The notes under the pieces were generated by a model. The model did no database searches, was not told where the DNA came from, and saw only the letters and a list, made by a program, of their open reading frames with translations. The position numbers and the translations under genes were made by a program. Shown one piece after another: positions 1-8,851 of a stretch of DNA of 64,000 nucleotides (its first letter is position 1; every line of letters begins with the position of its first letter). The stretch is from Candidatus Omnitrophota bacterium (GTDB lineage Bacteria; Ratteibacteria; UBA8468; MWAK01): positions 32,001-96,000 of the forward strand of contig JBDRQI010000036.1 of NCBI GenBank assembly GCA_043826355.1, written 5' to 3'.

Positions 1-830
1 ACCGAATCACCCCGGTTAATCTCTTTTCGGAAAATGATTCTCCCTTTCAGGGCAACAACCGGCTTCAGTAAAAATTTATACGGAGACCCGGTGGGACTAA
101 AAGGAAAAGACCCGTAGAGGGCTAAACCAACACGAACAAGGTCAAAATAACTTTCCGGATAGTTAAAGACGGCCGCGGAATTGGCTGCATGGCGCATCAC
201 CTTTTCACCCCTCCCCCCTTGCGGGGACGGGTGCCCTTTCCAAAGCTCTGGAAAGGGGGTGTACAGGGTGGGGGGGGACGTAACTTCCTGAAACCTCTCT
301 ATTTGCTTCAGCGTGAAATTGTTCCTGGTCTCCGCAATCGGAAAATGGGTAAAGATGCCGGAAATCCTGATACCGTTGATGGTTCGGCACCAACGATAAA
401 ATTGCGGCAGTTCCGTCGCGTTTACGCCGAGCCGGCCCATGCCGGTATCAACCTTCAGATGAACAACGGCCTCTTTTTCCAATCTTAATGCAATCGCGGA
501 AATTTTACTAACCGATTTCCGGTCAGCAACGGTAAACTCCAATCCGCTTTTCAAGCCTTCTTCAACTTCCTCTTCCGGGGCCAGTCCCAATACCAGAATC
601 TTTCTTTTAATTCCAACCCGCCGCAATTCCACGCCTTCGGAAACGGTAGCCACTCCGAACATCCCGGCGTCTTTTTCGATGAAAGGAGCGATCGTAGAAG
701 CACCTAATCCGTAGGCATTGGCTTTAACGCAGGCTAAAACGCGGGCCGGAGCAACTATCCTACGGACGGCAATCAGGTTGGCTCTTATCGCTATAATATC
801 TATCTCTGCCCAGGCCCTGCTTTTTTCCAT
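1..830 (-). CDS. alr: Alanine racemase (3' end runs off the window; not in ORF track)
   Basis: Manual translation from ATG at 830: MEKSRAWAEIDIIAIRANL...ACVKANAYGLG (PLP lysine motif), GIFTHF, HAANSAA, VRVGLALYG. Confidence 0.95.
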   Translation of the reverse strand, partial: MEKSRAWAEIDIIAIRANLIAVRRIVAPARVLACVKANAYGLGASTIAPFIEKDAGMFGVATVSEGVELRRVGIKRKILVLGLAPEEEVEEGLKSGLEFTVADRKSVSKISAIALRLEKEAVVHLKVDTGMGRLGVNATELPQFYRWCRTINGIRISGIFTHFPIAETRNNFTLKQIERFQEVTSPPTLYTPFPELWKGHPSPQGGRGEKVMRHAANSAAVFNYPESYFDLVRVGLALYGSFPFSPTGSPYKFLLKPVVALKGRIIFRKEINRGDS

Positions 831-840
831 AAACCTTTAA

Positions 841-1113
841 GGGGTTGCTCAACAATTAAATTGCCTATTTGCCAGAGATGATTTTGGAACGAGACAAGGA
901 GCAAAGAAAATTGCGTAATCACTGTACTACTCAATCGATGAGCGACGAAGTCGCAGCCCAAAAGCGGCCTGGCCCTTCGGGGAGCCATATCTTTTGGTCA
1001 TTGCGGCGTTGCTCCTTGGGTATGTGCCGCAGAGGGCACACCCCCTTCGGCGCGCCTGGCACTGACCCTAAATCTATGACTCCAAATAGGCGATTTAATT
1101 GTTGAGCAGCCCC
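841..1113. mobile_element. 273-bp MITE-like element, copy 1
   Basis: ~30-bp imperfect terminal inverted repeats GGGGTTGCTCAACAATTAAATTGCCTATTT / AAATAGGCGATTTAATTGTTGAGCAGCCCC, TAA on both flanks, second copy at 59749-60021. Confidence 0.85.
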
Positions 1114-1119
1114 TAAGCG

Positions 1120-1193
1120 CGCGCCTGGGGCGACTTGAACGCCCAACCTACGGGTTCGAAGCCCGGCGCTCTATCCAATTGAGCTACAGGCGC
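1120..1193 (-). tRNA. tRNA-Arg (anticodon TCG)
   Basis: Cloverleaf GCGCCTGTAGCTCAATTGGATAGAGC...CT-TCG-AA...GTTCAAGTC...CAGGCGC; CCA not encoded. Confidence 0.95.
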
Positions 1194-1196
1194 TAA

Positions 1197-1433
1197 CTAT
1201 TTCGTTTCTTCTTTTTTCTCTTCCTTCTTCTCTCCTTTTTCCGTCTCTTTCTTCTCGGCCACCCGGTCTTTAATATCGCTGATACCGGAGGCAATTGCCA
1301 CCAAACCGCCTAAAACCAGAAGAACAACCACGCCGCCACCGATAAACCACTTAGTGGCCTGTCCCAGGGGACCCGGACCGGCTAACAGATAACCGACCAC
1401 AATCGCCACAATTCCGCCAATTAACGCCCACAT
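1197..1433 (-). CDS. Small membrane protein with two hydrophobic segments and a Lys/Glu-rich tail
   Basis: 78-aa ORF with AAGGAGG RBS upstream. Confidence 0.8.
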   Translation of the reverse strand: MWALIGGIVAIVVGYLLAGPGPLGQATKWFIGGGVVVLLVLGGLVAIASGISDIKDRVAEKKETEKGEKKEEKKEETK

Positions 1434-1570
1434 AGTCCCTCCTTTTTAAAAAAATTAAAACCGTAAGAATTTTTAAACTAAAAAACACGGTTGATACTAT
1501 ACCATATCTAAAAAAAATGCGTCAAGCCGGCCACTTGTCACAAAGACCGGAATTAAGATACAATAAAAAT

Positions 1571-2560
1571 ATGCGAAAAAAATATATCCTGACAATCGCA
1601 ATTATTTTTTTGGGCGGACTTCTTCTTTTGGCGCTGAGCATCTTTTCACCTTCCCGCGCCAGGACAGAAACGGTACGCATCGCGCCGGATATGACCCTGC
1701 GGGAAATCACCAGCCATCTTTCGCAAAAAGGACTGCTCCGGACACCCCGCCTCTTTATTTTCGTCACAAAAATTTCCGGAAAAGAGAGGAAACTCAAAGC
1801 CGGCCTTTACGAGTTCCCCCTCCGGAGCAGACCCTTCCAGGCGTTGCAAAAACTGGTTCGCGGGGAAACGGCTGTAGTCCGGATAACCATACCGGAGGGC
1901 TGGAGCGCCCGAGAAATCGGCAAATTGCTGGAAAGCAAAGAGCTCTGCACGCAAAAAGAATTTTTGTCGGTGACGCTGGAACGGAAGATGGAAGGATTTC
2001 TCTTCCCCAACACTTATTCCATCCCTTCGGAGTTCTCCGCGGCAAACATTGCCCTGACCTTGCGCGAGAGTTTTAACCGCATCTGGAAACCGGAGTGGGA
2101 TTTGCAGGCGAAACGAATGGGATTATCCCAAAAGGAAGTGATAACCCTGGCTTCTATTATTGAACGCGAGGCACAAAGCGCGGCGGAAAAAGCGATTGTC
2201 AGTTCCGTATTTCACAACCGCCTCCGCCGGAAAATGCAGTTGGAAGCCGACCCAACCATCCTCTACGCGCTGGGCTCCTGGAACACACGCCTGACCCGTG
2301 ACTTGTTGAAGACAAATTCCCCGTACAACACCTACCTGCACCGGGGCCTGCCGCCCGGACCAATCTGCAATCCGGGCGAGGAATCAATCAAGGCGGCTCT
2401 CTTTCCGACCCGGACCAACTACCTCTTCTTTGTTGCCGTCGGAGACGGCACCCACATCTTTTCCTCCACCAGCGCCGGTCATAATGCCGCCATCAGGGAG
2501 ATAAGACTGCGCAAAGCAGCTCAGGCTGACACATCTGAGCAAACAACGGAAGTAGAATAG
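1571..2560 (+). CDS. mltG: Endolytic transglycosylase MltG (YceG family)
   Basis: N-terminal TM segment; TIPEG, EGFLFPNTY, LASIIERE, SPYNTY..GLPPGPICNPG; start placed at MRKKY. Confidence 0.95.
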   Translation: MRKKYILTIAIIFLGGLLLLALSIFSPSRARTETVRIAPDMTLREITSHLSQKGLLRTPRLFIFVTKISGKERKLKAGLYEFPLRSRPFQALQKLVRGETAVVRITIPEGWSAREIGKLLESKELCTQKEFLSVTLERKMEGFLFPNTYSIPSEFSAANIALTLRESFNRIWKPEWDLQAKRMGLSQKEVITLASIIEREAQSAAEKAIVSSVFHNRLRRKMQLEADPTILYALGSWNTRLTRDLLKTNSPYNTYLHRGLPPGPICNPGEESIKAALFPTRTNYLFFVAVGDGTHIFSSTSAGHNAAIREIRLRKAAQADTSEQTTEVE

Positions 2561-2574
2561 TAGGAGATACTGTA

Positions 2575-4404
2575 TTACTCTACTGTAACGCTCTTCGCTA
2601 AATTGCGGGGCTGGTCCACATTACATCCCCGCCGCACCGCAATGTAGTAAGCCAGAAGCTGCAGGGGTAAAACGGTTAGAAACGGATTGAGCGGGTCTAT
2701 GGTATGGGGAATATAAATCAGGCTGTCGGCCTTTTCCGTCATCTGACAATCTCCGGTGGTAACTACCGCAATAACTTCACCTCCGCGCGCCTTAACTTCT
2801 TCAACGTTAAGCAGCACCCGGGAATAAGTCCGGTCGTTGGGCGCGATAACCACCGCCGGCATATTCCAGTCAATCAAGGCAATCGGACCATGCTTCATCT
2901 CGGCGGCCGGTAATCCTTCCGCATGGATATATGAAATCTCTTTCAGTTTCAAAGCGCCTTCCAGGGCAATCGGATAATTATAACCGCGTCCCAGGTAGAG
3001 TGCGTTGGACGTGCGAAAATACCGGGCGGCGCTTTCCTCCGCCTGCTTTGCCTCCTTTATAATCATCTCCATCTTCTCCGGAATCCGGAAGAGTTGGGCT
3101 AAAAAATGACGGCACTGTTTTTCGGTTAACTTCCCTTTCAGATACGCTATCTTCAACCCCAGAAGATAAAGAACCGCTAACTGGCTGGTGAAGGCCTTGG
3201 TTGAAGCAACGCCGATTTCCGGACCCGCCTCAGTCATAATCACGCCTTCACTCTGCCGGCAGATGGAACTACCCGGAACGTTGCAAACCGCGAAGGTCTT
3301 TATTTTTTTCTCCCGGGTTTTCTTGAGGGCGCCCAACGTATCGGCCGTTTCGCCGGATTGGCTGATTACCAACAGAATGTCATCAGCGGTCAAAACTGTT
3401 TTTCGATACCGGAATTCCGCCGCATTTTCAATTTCAACCGGCACCGAGGCATACTCTTCCAAAAAATATTTGGCAATCAATCCGGCATGCCAGGAAGTTC
3501 CACAAGCAATGATGACGATTCGCTTTAATTTCTTCAGATGCCGGTCGGAAAGATTTAGTTCCGGAAAATGAATCTTGCGGTTGCCATTAACGTAACACCG
3601 GAAAAGATTTCGCAAAACCAGCGGCTGTTCGTAAATCTCTTTGAGCATATAATGGCCGAACTTCCCTTTTTCCGAAGCCGCAGCCTGCCATTTTACCTTA
3701 TAAACCTCTGCGGAACAGGAACGACCGGTCTTTATATGGTAGAGTTCAAATCCGTCGTGCCGCAAAAAGCCGGCTTGACCATCTTGCAGGATAGTTACCG
3801 AACGGGTGTGAGAAAAAAGAGCCGGAATATCGGAAGAGAGAAAATAACCGCATTCAGAAGAACCGACAATGAGCGGACTACCGTGCCGGGCCACCAATAT
3901 CCGATCCGGGTAGTCGGCTGAAAGAACCGCCATTCCGTAACTGCCTTTAACGGATTCCAGGGCCCGGCGCAGCGCCTCCGCCGTAAAACCAAAATCTCTG
4001 ATTGTTTCCTCCAGTAGGTGCGGCAAAACTTCGGTGTCGGTTTCGGAACAAAAACGATGGCCGCGGACCTCCAGACTTTTCCGTAACTGTTGAAAATTAT
4101 CAATCGTGCCGTTATGCACCACGGCAATCCGGCCACGACAATCCAGATGAGGATGACTATTAATATGGTTGGGGGAACCGTGAGTGGCCCACCGGGTATG
4201 GCCGATGCCGACGGACGCGTTATTCTCCTTTACGCGGCGCACCAGGTCGGCAACCTTACCCTGGCATTTTTCAATTAGAAGGCCTTTTGCATTAATAAGC
4301 GCCACACCGGCGGAATCATACCCCCGATACTCCAGGTCGGACAATCCTTTAAGAATAAAAGGCAGCGCCTTTTTCTCACCGATGTAACCGAAAATTCCAC
4401 ACAT
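2575..4404 (-). CDS. glmS: Glutamine-fructose-6-phosphate transaminase
   Basis: MCGIFG, GHTRWATHG, SQSGETADT, C-terminal PRNLAKSVTVE. Confidence 0.98.
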   Translation of the reverse strand: MCGIFGYIGEKKALPFILKGLSDLEYRGYDSAGVALINAKGLLIEKCQGKVADLVRRVKENNASVGIGHTRWATHGSPNHINSHPHLDCRGRIAVVHNGTIDNFQQLRKSLEVRGHRFCSETDTEVLPHLLEETIRDFGFTAEALRRALESVKGSYGMAVLSADYPDRILVARHGSPLIVGSSECGYFLSSDIPALFSHTRSVTILQDGQAGFLRHDGFELYHIKTGRSCSAEVYKVKWQAAASEKGKFGHYMLKEIYEQPLVLRNLFRCYVNGNRKIHFPELNLSDRHLKKLKRIVIIACGTSWHAGLIAKYFLEEYASVPVEIENAAEFRYRKTVLTADDILLVISQSGETADTLGALKKTREKKIKTFAVCNVPGSSICRQSEGVIMTEAGPEIGVASTKAFTSQLAVLYLLGLKIAYLKGKLTEKQCRHFLAQLFRIPEKMEMIIKEAKQAEESAARYFRTSNALYLGRGYNYPIALEGALKLKEISYIHAEGLPAAEMKHGPIALIDWNMPAVVIAPNDRTYSRVLLNVEEVKARGGEVIAVVTTGDCQMTEKADSLIYIPHTIDPLNPFLTVLPLQLLAYYIAVRRGCNVDQPRNLAKSVTVE

Positions 4405-4405
4405 T

Positions 4406-5047
4406 CTATTTTTCCCTGATAATCTGAAATCCGAAATCCTGAAGTTTGGAAATAGTATCGGCTACTCCAGGCTTGGCGTCATTATTCCGGTCCGTAACCA
4501 GAATGTACTTCTTCCCTTTCTTGATGTCCAGTTTTATCATGCGCATGTTTCTGGTAGGGTAAGTACATTCCCGGCCGATCTTGGAACTGTCCGCCAGAAT
4601 GATTATCCGCTTGACGCGTTTAATCAAGAATTCAATTTGTTGAACGGTGTCCATGTCGTCGGCGCTCAAACCCCGGGCCGAAATTCCCGGTGTTCCGATA
4701 ATCGCCTTTTCAATCTGCGAAAAGGGCGCCACGACGTTAACCACTGAGAGGTTCTTGCGGGAAACCTCGCCGGCGGTAATACCCACAAAATTTTCGGAAA
4801 ATATCTGGTTGTGCTCTTTCAGCCACAGGTTGACGATAAAAAGATTGTTGGTCCAGATTTTAAGCATAAAATGCTTGCCTGGTTTTACCAATTCCTCTCC
4901 GAGACAAGCCACCGAAGTACCGGCTCCTAGAAATATTTCATCTCCGGTTGCAATCAACTCCAGGGCTTTCTGGGCAATCCCTTGTTTACTTTCCTGGTTC
5001 AATTTTTTTCGCTTCTCAAAAGAAAGAAACAGGTCCGCGATACTCAT
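4406..5047 (-). CDS. DeoR/GlpR-type sugar-phosphate sensor domain protein lacking an HTH
   Basis: KQGIAQKALELI..GDEIFLGAGTS, TNNL and ILADSSKIG match the DeoR C-terminal domain. Confidence 0.75.
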   Translation of the reverse strand: MSIADLFLSFEKRKKLNQESKQGIAQKALELIATGDEIFLGAGTSVACLGEELVKPGKHFMLKIWTNNLFIVNLWLKEHNQIFSENFVGITAGEVSRKNLSVVNVVAPFSQIEKAIIGTPGISARGLSADDMDTVQQIEFLIKRVKRIIILADSSKIGRECTYPTRNMRMIKLDIKKGKKYILVTDRNNDAKPGVADTISKLQDFGFQIIREK

Positions 5048-5135
5048 ACCAAATATATTACATCTTGTTTAACAATTTGTCAATAAAATTGTCAAGTTAA
5101 ATTAAAAAATACCCCTCCATCCTTTTGCCGAGTTT

Positions 5136-5228
5136 TCCATTATCGAACGCGAGACGCAAAGCGCCGGGGAAAAAGCGATGGTCGGTTCCGTGTTCCACAA
5201 CCGTCTTCGTAAAGGAATGCACCTGTAG
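5136..5228 (+). pseudogene. Diverged internal fragment of mltG
   Basis: Translates SIIERETQSAGEKAMVGSVFHNRLRKGMHL*, 23/30 aa identical to mltG 2153-2242; no start codon. Confidence 0.85.
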
Positions 5229-5254
5229 GTAACGACAGGCTGTGGAAACTACAT

Positions 5255-7357
5255 TCATGAAAATAGACAAAGGACTTCGTACCGTTTTAACGTACCGGCC
5301 GGAACCGTTACGCGAAATCCTTTTCCCTTTGTTTCCACTTTGACCTGTTTTTTCCCTTGCCAATCCGGGGAGATTAAATATGCCGGATTTATTGAATCAA
5401 TCTGCAATTCAATAATAATATCGTCTTCCAAGGGCGGAAATTCTACCGGATAATCAAGGGGAATAACTTCACCAACCTTCACGGTTCCCCCGCGAAGGTT
5501 AAGCAGATGAATTACCACCGCATGCCCACCGCTATCTTTCCGATGAAAAGCTTTTATCAATAACCCCGGCGGAGCCTGCTTTATGGTTACTATCTGCTCT
5601 CCGGCGGCCCATTTGGCTGTTTGAACCATGAGGGATTGTTGTATTTTTCGGTCTTTATCCGGAATGGCAGGACCATACCACGTTCTGGGATCACCCCTCT
5701 GATTCGTCCACGAACATCCGGCCAGACCCGGCTTATTAGAAAAATAAACCCATTGCCCGCTTCCGTATCTGCCAAACTGAACCGAACCCGGAAAGTTCCC
5801 GTCATCTGTTTTTTGATTAACACCCAGTATCGTCCCCAACTCTTCTTCCCTTGTCTTCCGGGAACCGGTTTCGTCGTATAATCCGGTTTCGCAGGTAAAG
5901 ATCAAATTCCCACCCTGAAACAGATACCCTGAAATAGCTGTACAGGCGGAATTGCTTAAACAAGCAGCGTTAGGAAGAATCACCAGCGAATACTTTTTCA
6001 GGTGGGATATTGTCAACTGCTGTTCCACCATTACTGCATATTGGATATATTCGTCTGCAAGCGTCTGACACCATCCCAATAATTCCTTGGCGTAATCCAT
6101 GTCCCAGAAATTGTTATCCCAATCACCTCCGCCGGTCATGTCCCGGGTTGCCGCGGATAACAGAATGCCGATACCGGCCAACGACTGGATTACGCCGGTC
6201 AATTCGCCTTTATGTTTTTCCTCCCATCCGAACAATCCGCCATAAAACTTCATGTCTTCCGGGTCAAAAGGCAATCCTTCGCCGCAAGAAAGACTCCCTT
6301 TTCGGGAAAGCGCCCATACCCTGACGCCATGAGCAACGGATAACGCCCAGCTGATGAAACCTTCGGGACGATAAGGAGCGCCCAGAACAGCCATTGTTGG
6401 CGTACCGTAATAATTGCTTAATCCTCCATATGTCATATACTGAGATGAAAAGAACCGCCAATTGTAAAGAAATGAATCGGAGCCGTTTTCAAAAAAAAGC
6501 AAATTAGCTCCGCGCATCCTTTCTTCGTTATTTTCTCCGAAATACTGAGAGCATAACGGACTTGGCTCCCAATTTTTGCATCCCAACAATACCGGGTGAG
6601 CATGTTCTTTTTTTATCCCGGCGTACAAATCCTCATAAAAATCTCCCACCGAGACGGTTCGAAATCTAAGCCAGGCCCGGAAAGCGGGGTTTTTGAGGTT
6701 TCCCCAGAACGATGAATCCTCAGGCGGGGGTAAAATAAATCCCGTTTTCTTCAGATATTTTTCCCGGCAGTGCGGACAAGCGCAGTTATGCCAACCGGTC
6801 CGGAAATATACCTCGTCTACCATCAAACCATCCACTTTCGTCTCGCGGACAATCTTTCGGCAAAGCCGGAAATATTCGGCGCGAAAATCCGGGTTATTGA
6901 TACACCACAGGTACCACCCGCCCCACTGGTCCAGATAAGCATAAGTTCCGGTCCGCGCATCAATATTTAACCAGGCGCGGCGGTCATCGGAAAAGGTATT
7001 TAATTTTCCTCCGGCAAGTCCCGCCAGTACTGCGGTTGTATGATGAACAACTCTAATCCCTTTGCTATGGCATGCTTTTGTTATTTTTTTGATGGCTTCA
7101 TTCACCTCGCCGGTTTTTCCTTCGTGCTCAAACAGTATCACCCGGCGGAGCCCCTCCGTCAATATCGTATTGATATTGTGTTTTTTGAAATCATTTACGC
7201 ACCGCGCTATTTCCTTATCGTCAACAATCCCGGAAAAACTGGGTTCCATACATCCCGCATCCGGCAGGATTTCCGCTACTGCTTCAATCTTTTTAAACCA
7301 CCAGTGTGTCCAACGCGAATTCCACAGCCATTCATTTTTTGCGCTGAGATTTTTCAT
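5255..7357 (-). CDS. Putative glycoside hydrolase (TIM-barrel plus beta-galactosidase-trimerisation-like domain)
   Basis: CINNPDFR, VDGLMVDE, CACPHC, LKKYSLVILPNAACLS..GGNL, TGLYDETG. Confidence 0.65.
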   Translation of the reverse strand: MKNLSAKNEWLWNSRWTHWWFKKIEAVAEILPDAGCMEPSFSGIVDDKEIARCVNDFKKHNINTILTEGLRRVILFEHEGKTGEVNEAIKKITKACHSKGIRVVHHTTAVLAGLAGGKLNTFSDDRRAWLNIDARTGTYAYLDQWGGWYLWCINNPDFRAEYFRLCRKIVRETKVDGLMVDEVYFRTGWHNCACPHCREKYLKKTGFILPPPEDSSFWGNLKNPAFRAWLRFRTVSVGDFYEDLYAGIKKEHAHPVLLGCKNWEPSPLCSQYFGENNEERMRGANLLFFENGSDSFLYNWRFFSSQYMTYGGLSNYYGTPTMAVLGAPYRPEGFISWALSVAHGVRVWALSRKGSLSCGEGLPFDPEDMKFYGGLFGWEEKHKGELTGVIQSLAGIGILLSAATRDMTGGGDWDNNFWDMDYAKELLGWCQTLADEYIQYAVMVEQQLTISHLKKYSLVILPNAACLSNSACTAISGYLFQGGNLIFTCETGLYDETGSRKTREEELGTILGVNQKTDDGNFPGSVQFGRYGSGQWVYFSNKPGLAGCSWTNQRGDPRTWYGPAIPDKDRKIQQSLMVQTAKWAAGEQIVTIKQAPPGLLIKAFHRKDSGGHAVVIHLLNLRGGTVKVGEVIPLDYPVEFPPLEDDIIIELQIDSINPAYLISPDWQGKKQVKVETKGKGFRVTVPAGTLKRYEVLCLFS

Positions 7358-7443
7358 TCAACATCTCCCTTTATCCGGCAAAAAAAACACCCCTCTTTTT
7401 CCCTTTTCGTCCAGGAAATAAAAGGGGCGTTTTCAGCCTTGGA

Positions 7444-8754
7444 CTACCGGCGAACTTTTCCGGCGGCGTTTTTAACGCCGGTTATAATCACATCAAGGTC
7501 ATTTCTGGTCAGCCGCGGATGCATCGGCAAATTTAATTCTCTCCGGTAGAAAAACTTATCTGCATTCAGACAGCGCTCCTTTCCATAGCCGAGTTTCTTT
7601 AAAGCCGTAAAATCATAGGTCGGCTGATAGTGGAGTATGCTCTGAATGCCTTCCTCTTTATAGAGTACCCTCATAAATTCATCCCGGCCGGCGCCCAGTT
7701 CTTTCTCTTCCACGCAAAGCGTATACAGGTGATAGACGTGGTAACAATTGGGGTCTTCGTAGACCGGGGTAATCCCCTTGATTCCTTTCAACCCTTCATT
7801 CAAATAACGGCCGATTTCCCGGCGTTTTTCGCTGAGCATCTTAAGTTTCCGCAGTTGAGCCCTTCCGCAGGCGGCCTGGGGTTCATTCATCCGGTAGTTG
7901 TTGCCGAAATGACCGTTGGTATCATCCACGTCAAAATGAGAAGGAATCCAGTAATCGGTAAGACCTGTTTTGGTAAGCGTGGAATCACCGAAAGTAAAGA
8001 CCGTCTGTTCCGGCGGCCAGTGGCCGATAGACATACAGCGCAGTTTATTGATGACATCCGCCAGTTCGTCACGGTTGGTGGTAATCATGCCGCCTTCGCC
8101 CAGAGTGGTGATATTCTTCAGGGAATGGAAACTGAAGGCGCCGATATCTCCGATGGAACCGGCTTTTCTGCCTTTATATTCCGCGCCGATAGTATGAGCG
8201 CAGTCTTCCAGAACGTAAAGTTTGTGCTTCCGGGCAATCTCCATAATCGGGTCCATATCGCACATCTGACCGCCGTAATGGACCACGTAGATTGCCCTGG
8301 TACGGGGGGTTACCTTCTTTTCTATCTCTTTCGGGTCGATATTAAAGGTCCTGGGGTCAATATCGGCAAAAACCGGCCTGGCTTTTTCCTTGAGAATAAC
8401 CAGCGAAGTGGCAATGAAAGTATTTGGAGTCACAATTACCTCATCGCCCTCTTTGATATTAAACGCCTGGGTCGCAACGTGCATGCCGGTAGTGCAGTTA
8501 CTGACCGCGAAAGCATGTTTTACTCCATGGATTGCGGCGAACTCCTTCTGGAATAACTGCACCTGCGGCCCCATCGTCAGGGAATCCTGTTTCATCGCCT
8601 TCAGGACCATCTGCTGTTCGTCCTCATCGTAAATTGAGCCGAAAAACGAATAAGGAACTTTCAGGGCAACGCCGTCGTTCATCTGGTAGCCGGAAGTTAT
8701 CCCGCCTTCGGTATCGCTTCCGGTATACAACGCCTTTTCTTTTTCGCCTGACAT
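7444..8754 (-). CDS. DegT/DnrJ/EryC1/StrS-family PLP sugar aminotransferase
   Basis: GDEVIV..TFIAT, VHYGG, EDCAH, FSFHSLKNITTLGEGG, NYRM. Confidence 0.93.
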   Translation of the reverse strand: MSGEKEKALYTGSDTEGGITSGYQMNDGVALKVPYSFFGSIYDEDEQQMVLKAMKQDSLTMGPQVQLFQKEFAAIHGVKHAFAVSNCTTGMHVATQAFNIKEGDEVIVTPNTFIATSLVILKEKARPVFADIDPRTFNIDPKEIEKKVTPRTRAIYVVHYGGQMCDMDPIMEIARKHKLYVLEDCAHTIGAEYKGRKAGSIGDIGAFSFHSLKNITTLGEGGMITTNRDELADVINKLRCMSIGHWPPEQTVFTFGDSTLTKTGLTDYWIPSHFDVDDTNGHFGNNYRMNEPQAACGRAQLRKLKMLSEKRREIGRYLNEGLKGIKGITPVYEDPNCYHVYHLYTLCVEEKELGAGRDEFMRVLYKEEGIQSILHYQPTYDFTALKKLGYGKERCLNADKFFYRRELNLPMHPRLTRNDLDVIITGVKNAAGKVRR

Positions 8755-8797
8755 AATTCACCCCCGTTAGTCTAAATTATTTACAAAACTGTATATA

Positions 8798-8826
8798 ATT
8801 AAAACATGTTTTTATTTTTCTGTCAA
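8798..8826 (-). promoter_or_regulatory. Sigma70-type promoter for the aminotransferase gene
   Basis: TTGACA-17 nt-TTTAAT with TGn extension on the minus strand. Confidence 0.6.
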
Positions 8827-8851
8827 GTCCCCTGCGAAATCGCAGAAAAAT

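Noticed and set aside
189..488. 99-aa plus-strand ORF sharing LRGRVPFPKLWKG with HypF
   Set aside because: It is antisense to alr; the match comes from the shared palindrome.
800..1146. Similar short ORFs at 869-1105 and 59777-60013 ([11 protein letters not shown]...) and their antisense ORFs
   Set aside because: They lie inside the MITE copies and start at TTG without a clear RBS. The similarity is explained by the DNA repeat, and the 3' halves diverge in protein while keeping base pairing. A peptide cannot be fully excluded.
7630..8556. Long antisense ORFs (for example 7630-8556, 18684-19322, 32761-33513, 34834-35592)
   Set aside because: They shadow well-supported genes on the other strand, as expected from codon bias, and carry no motifs.
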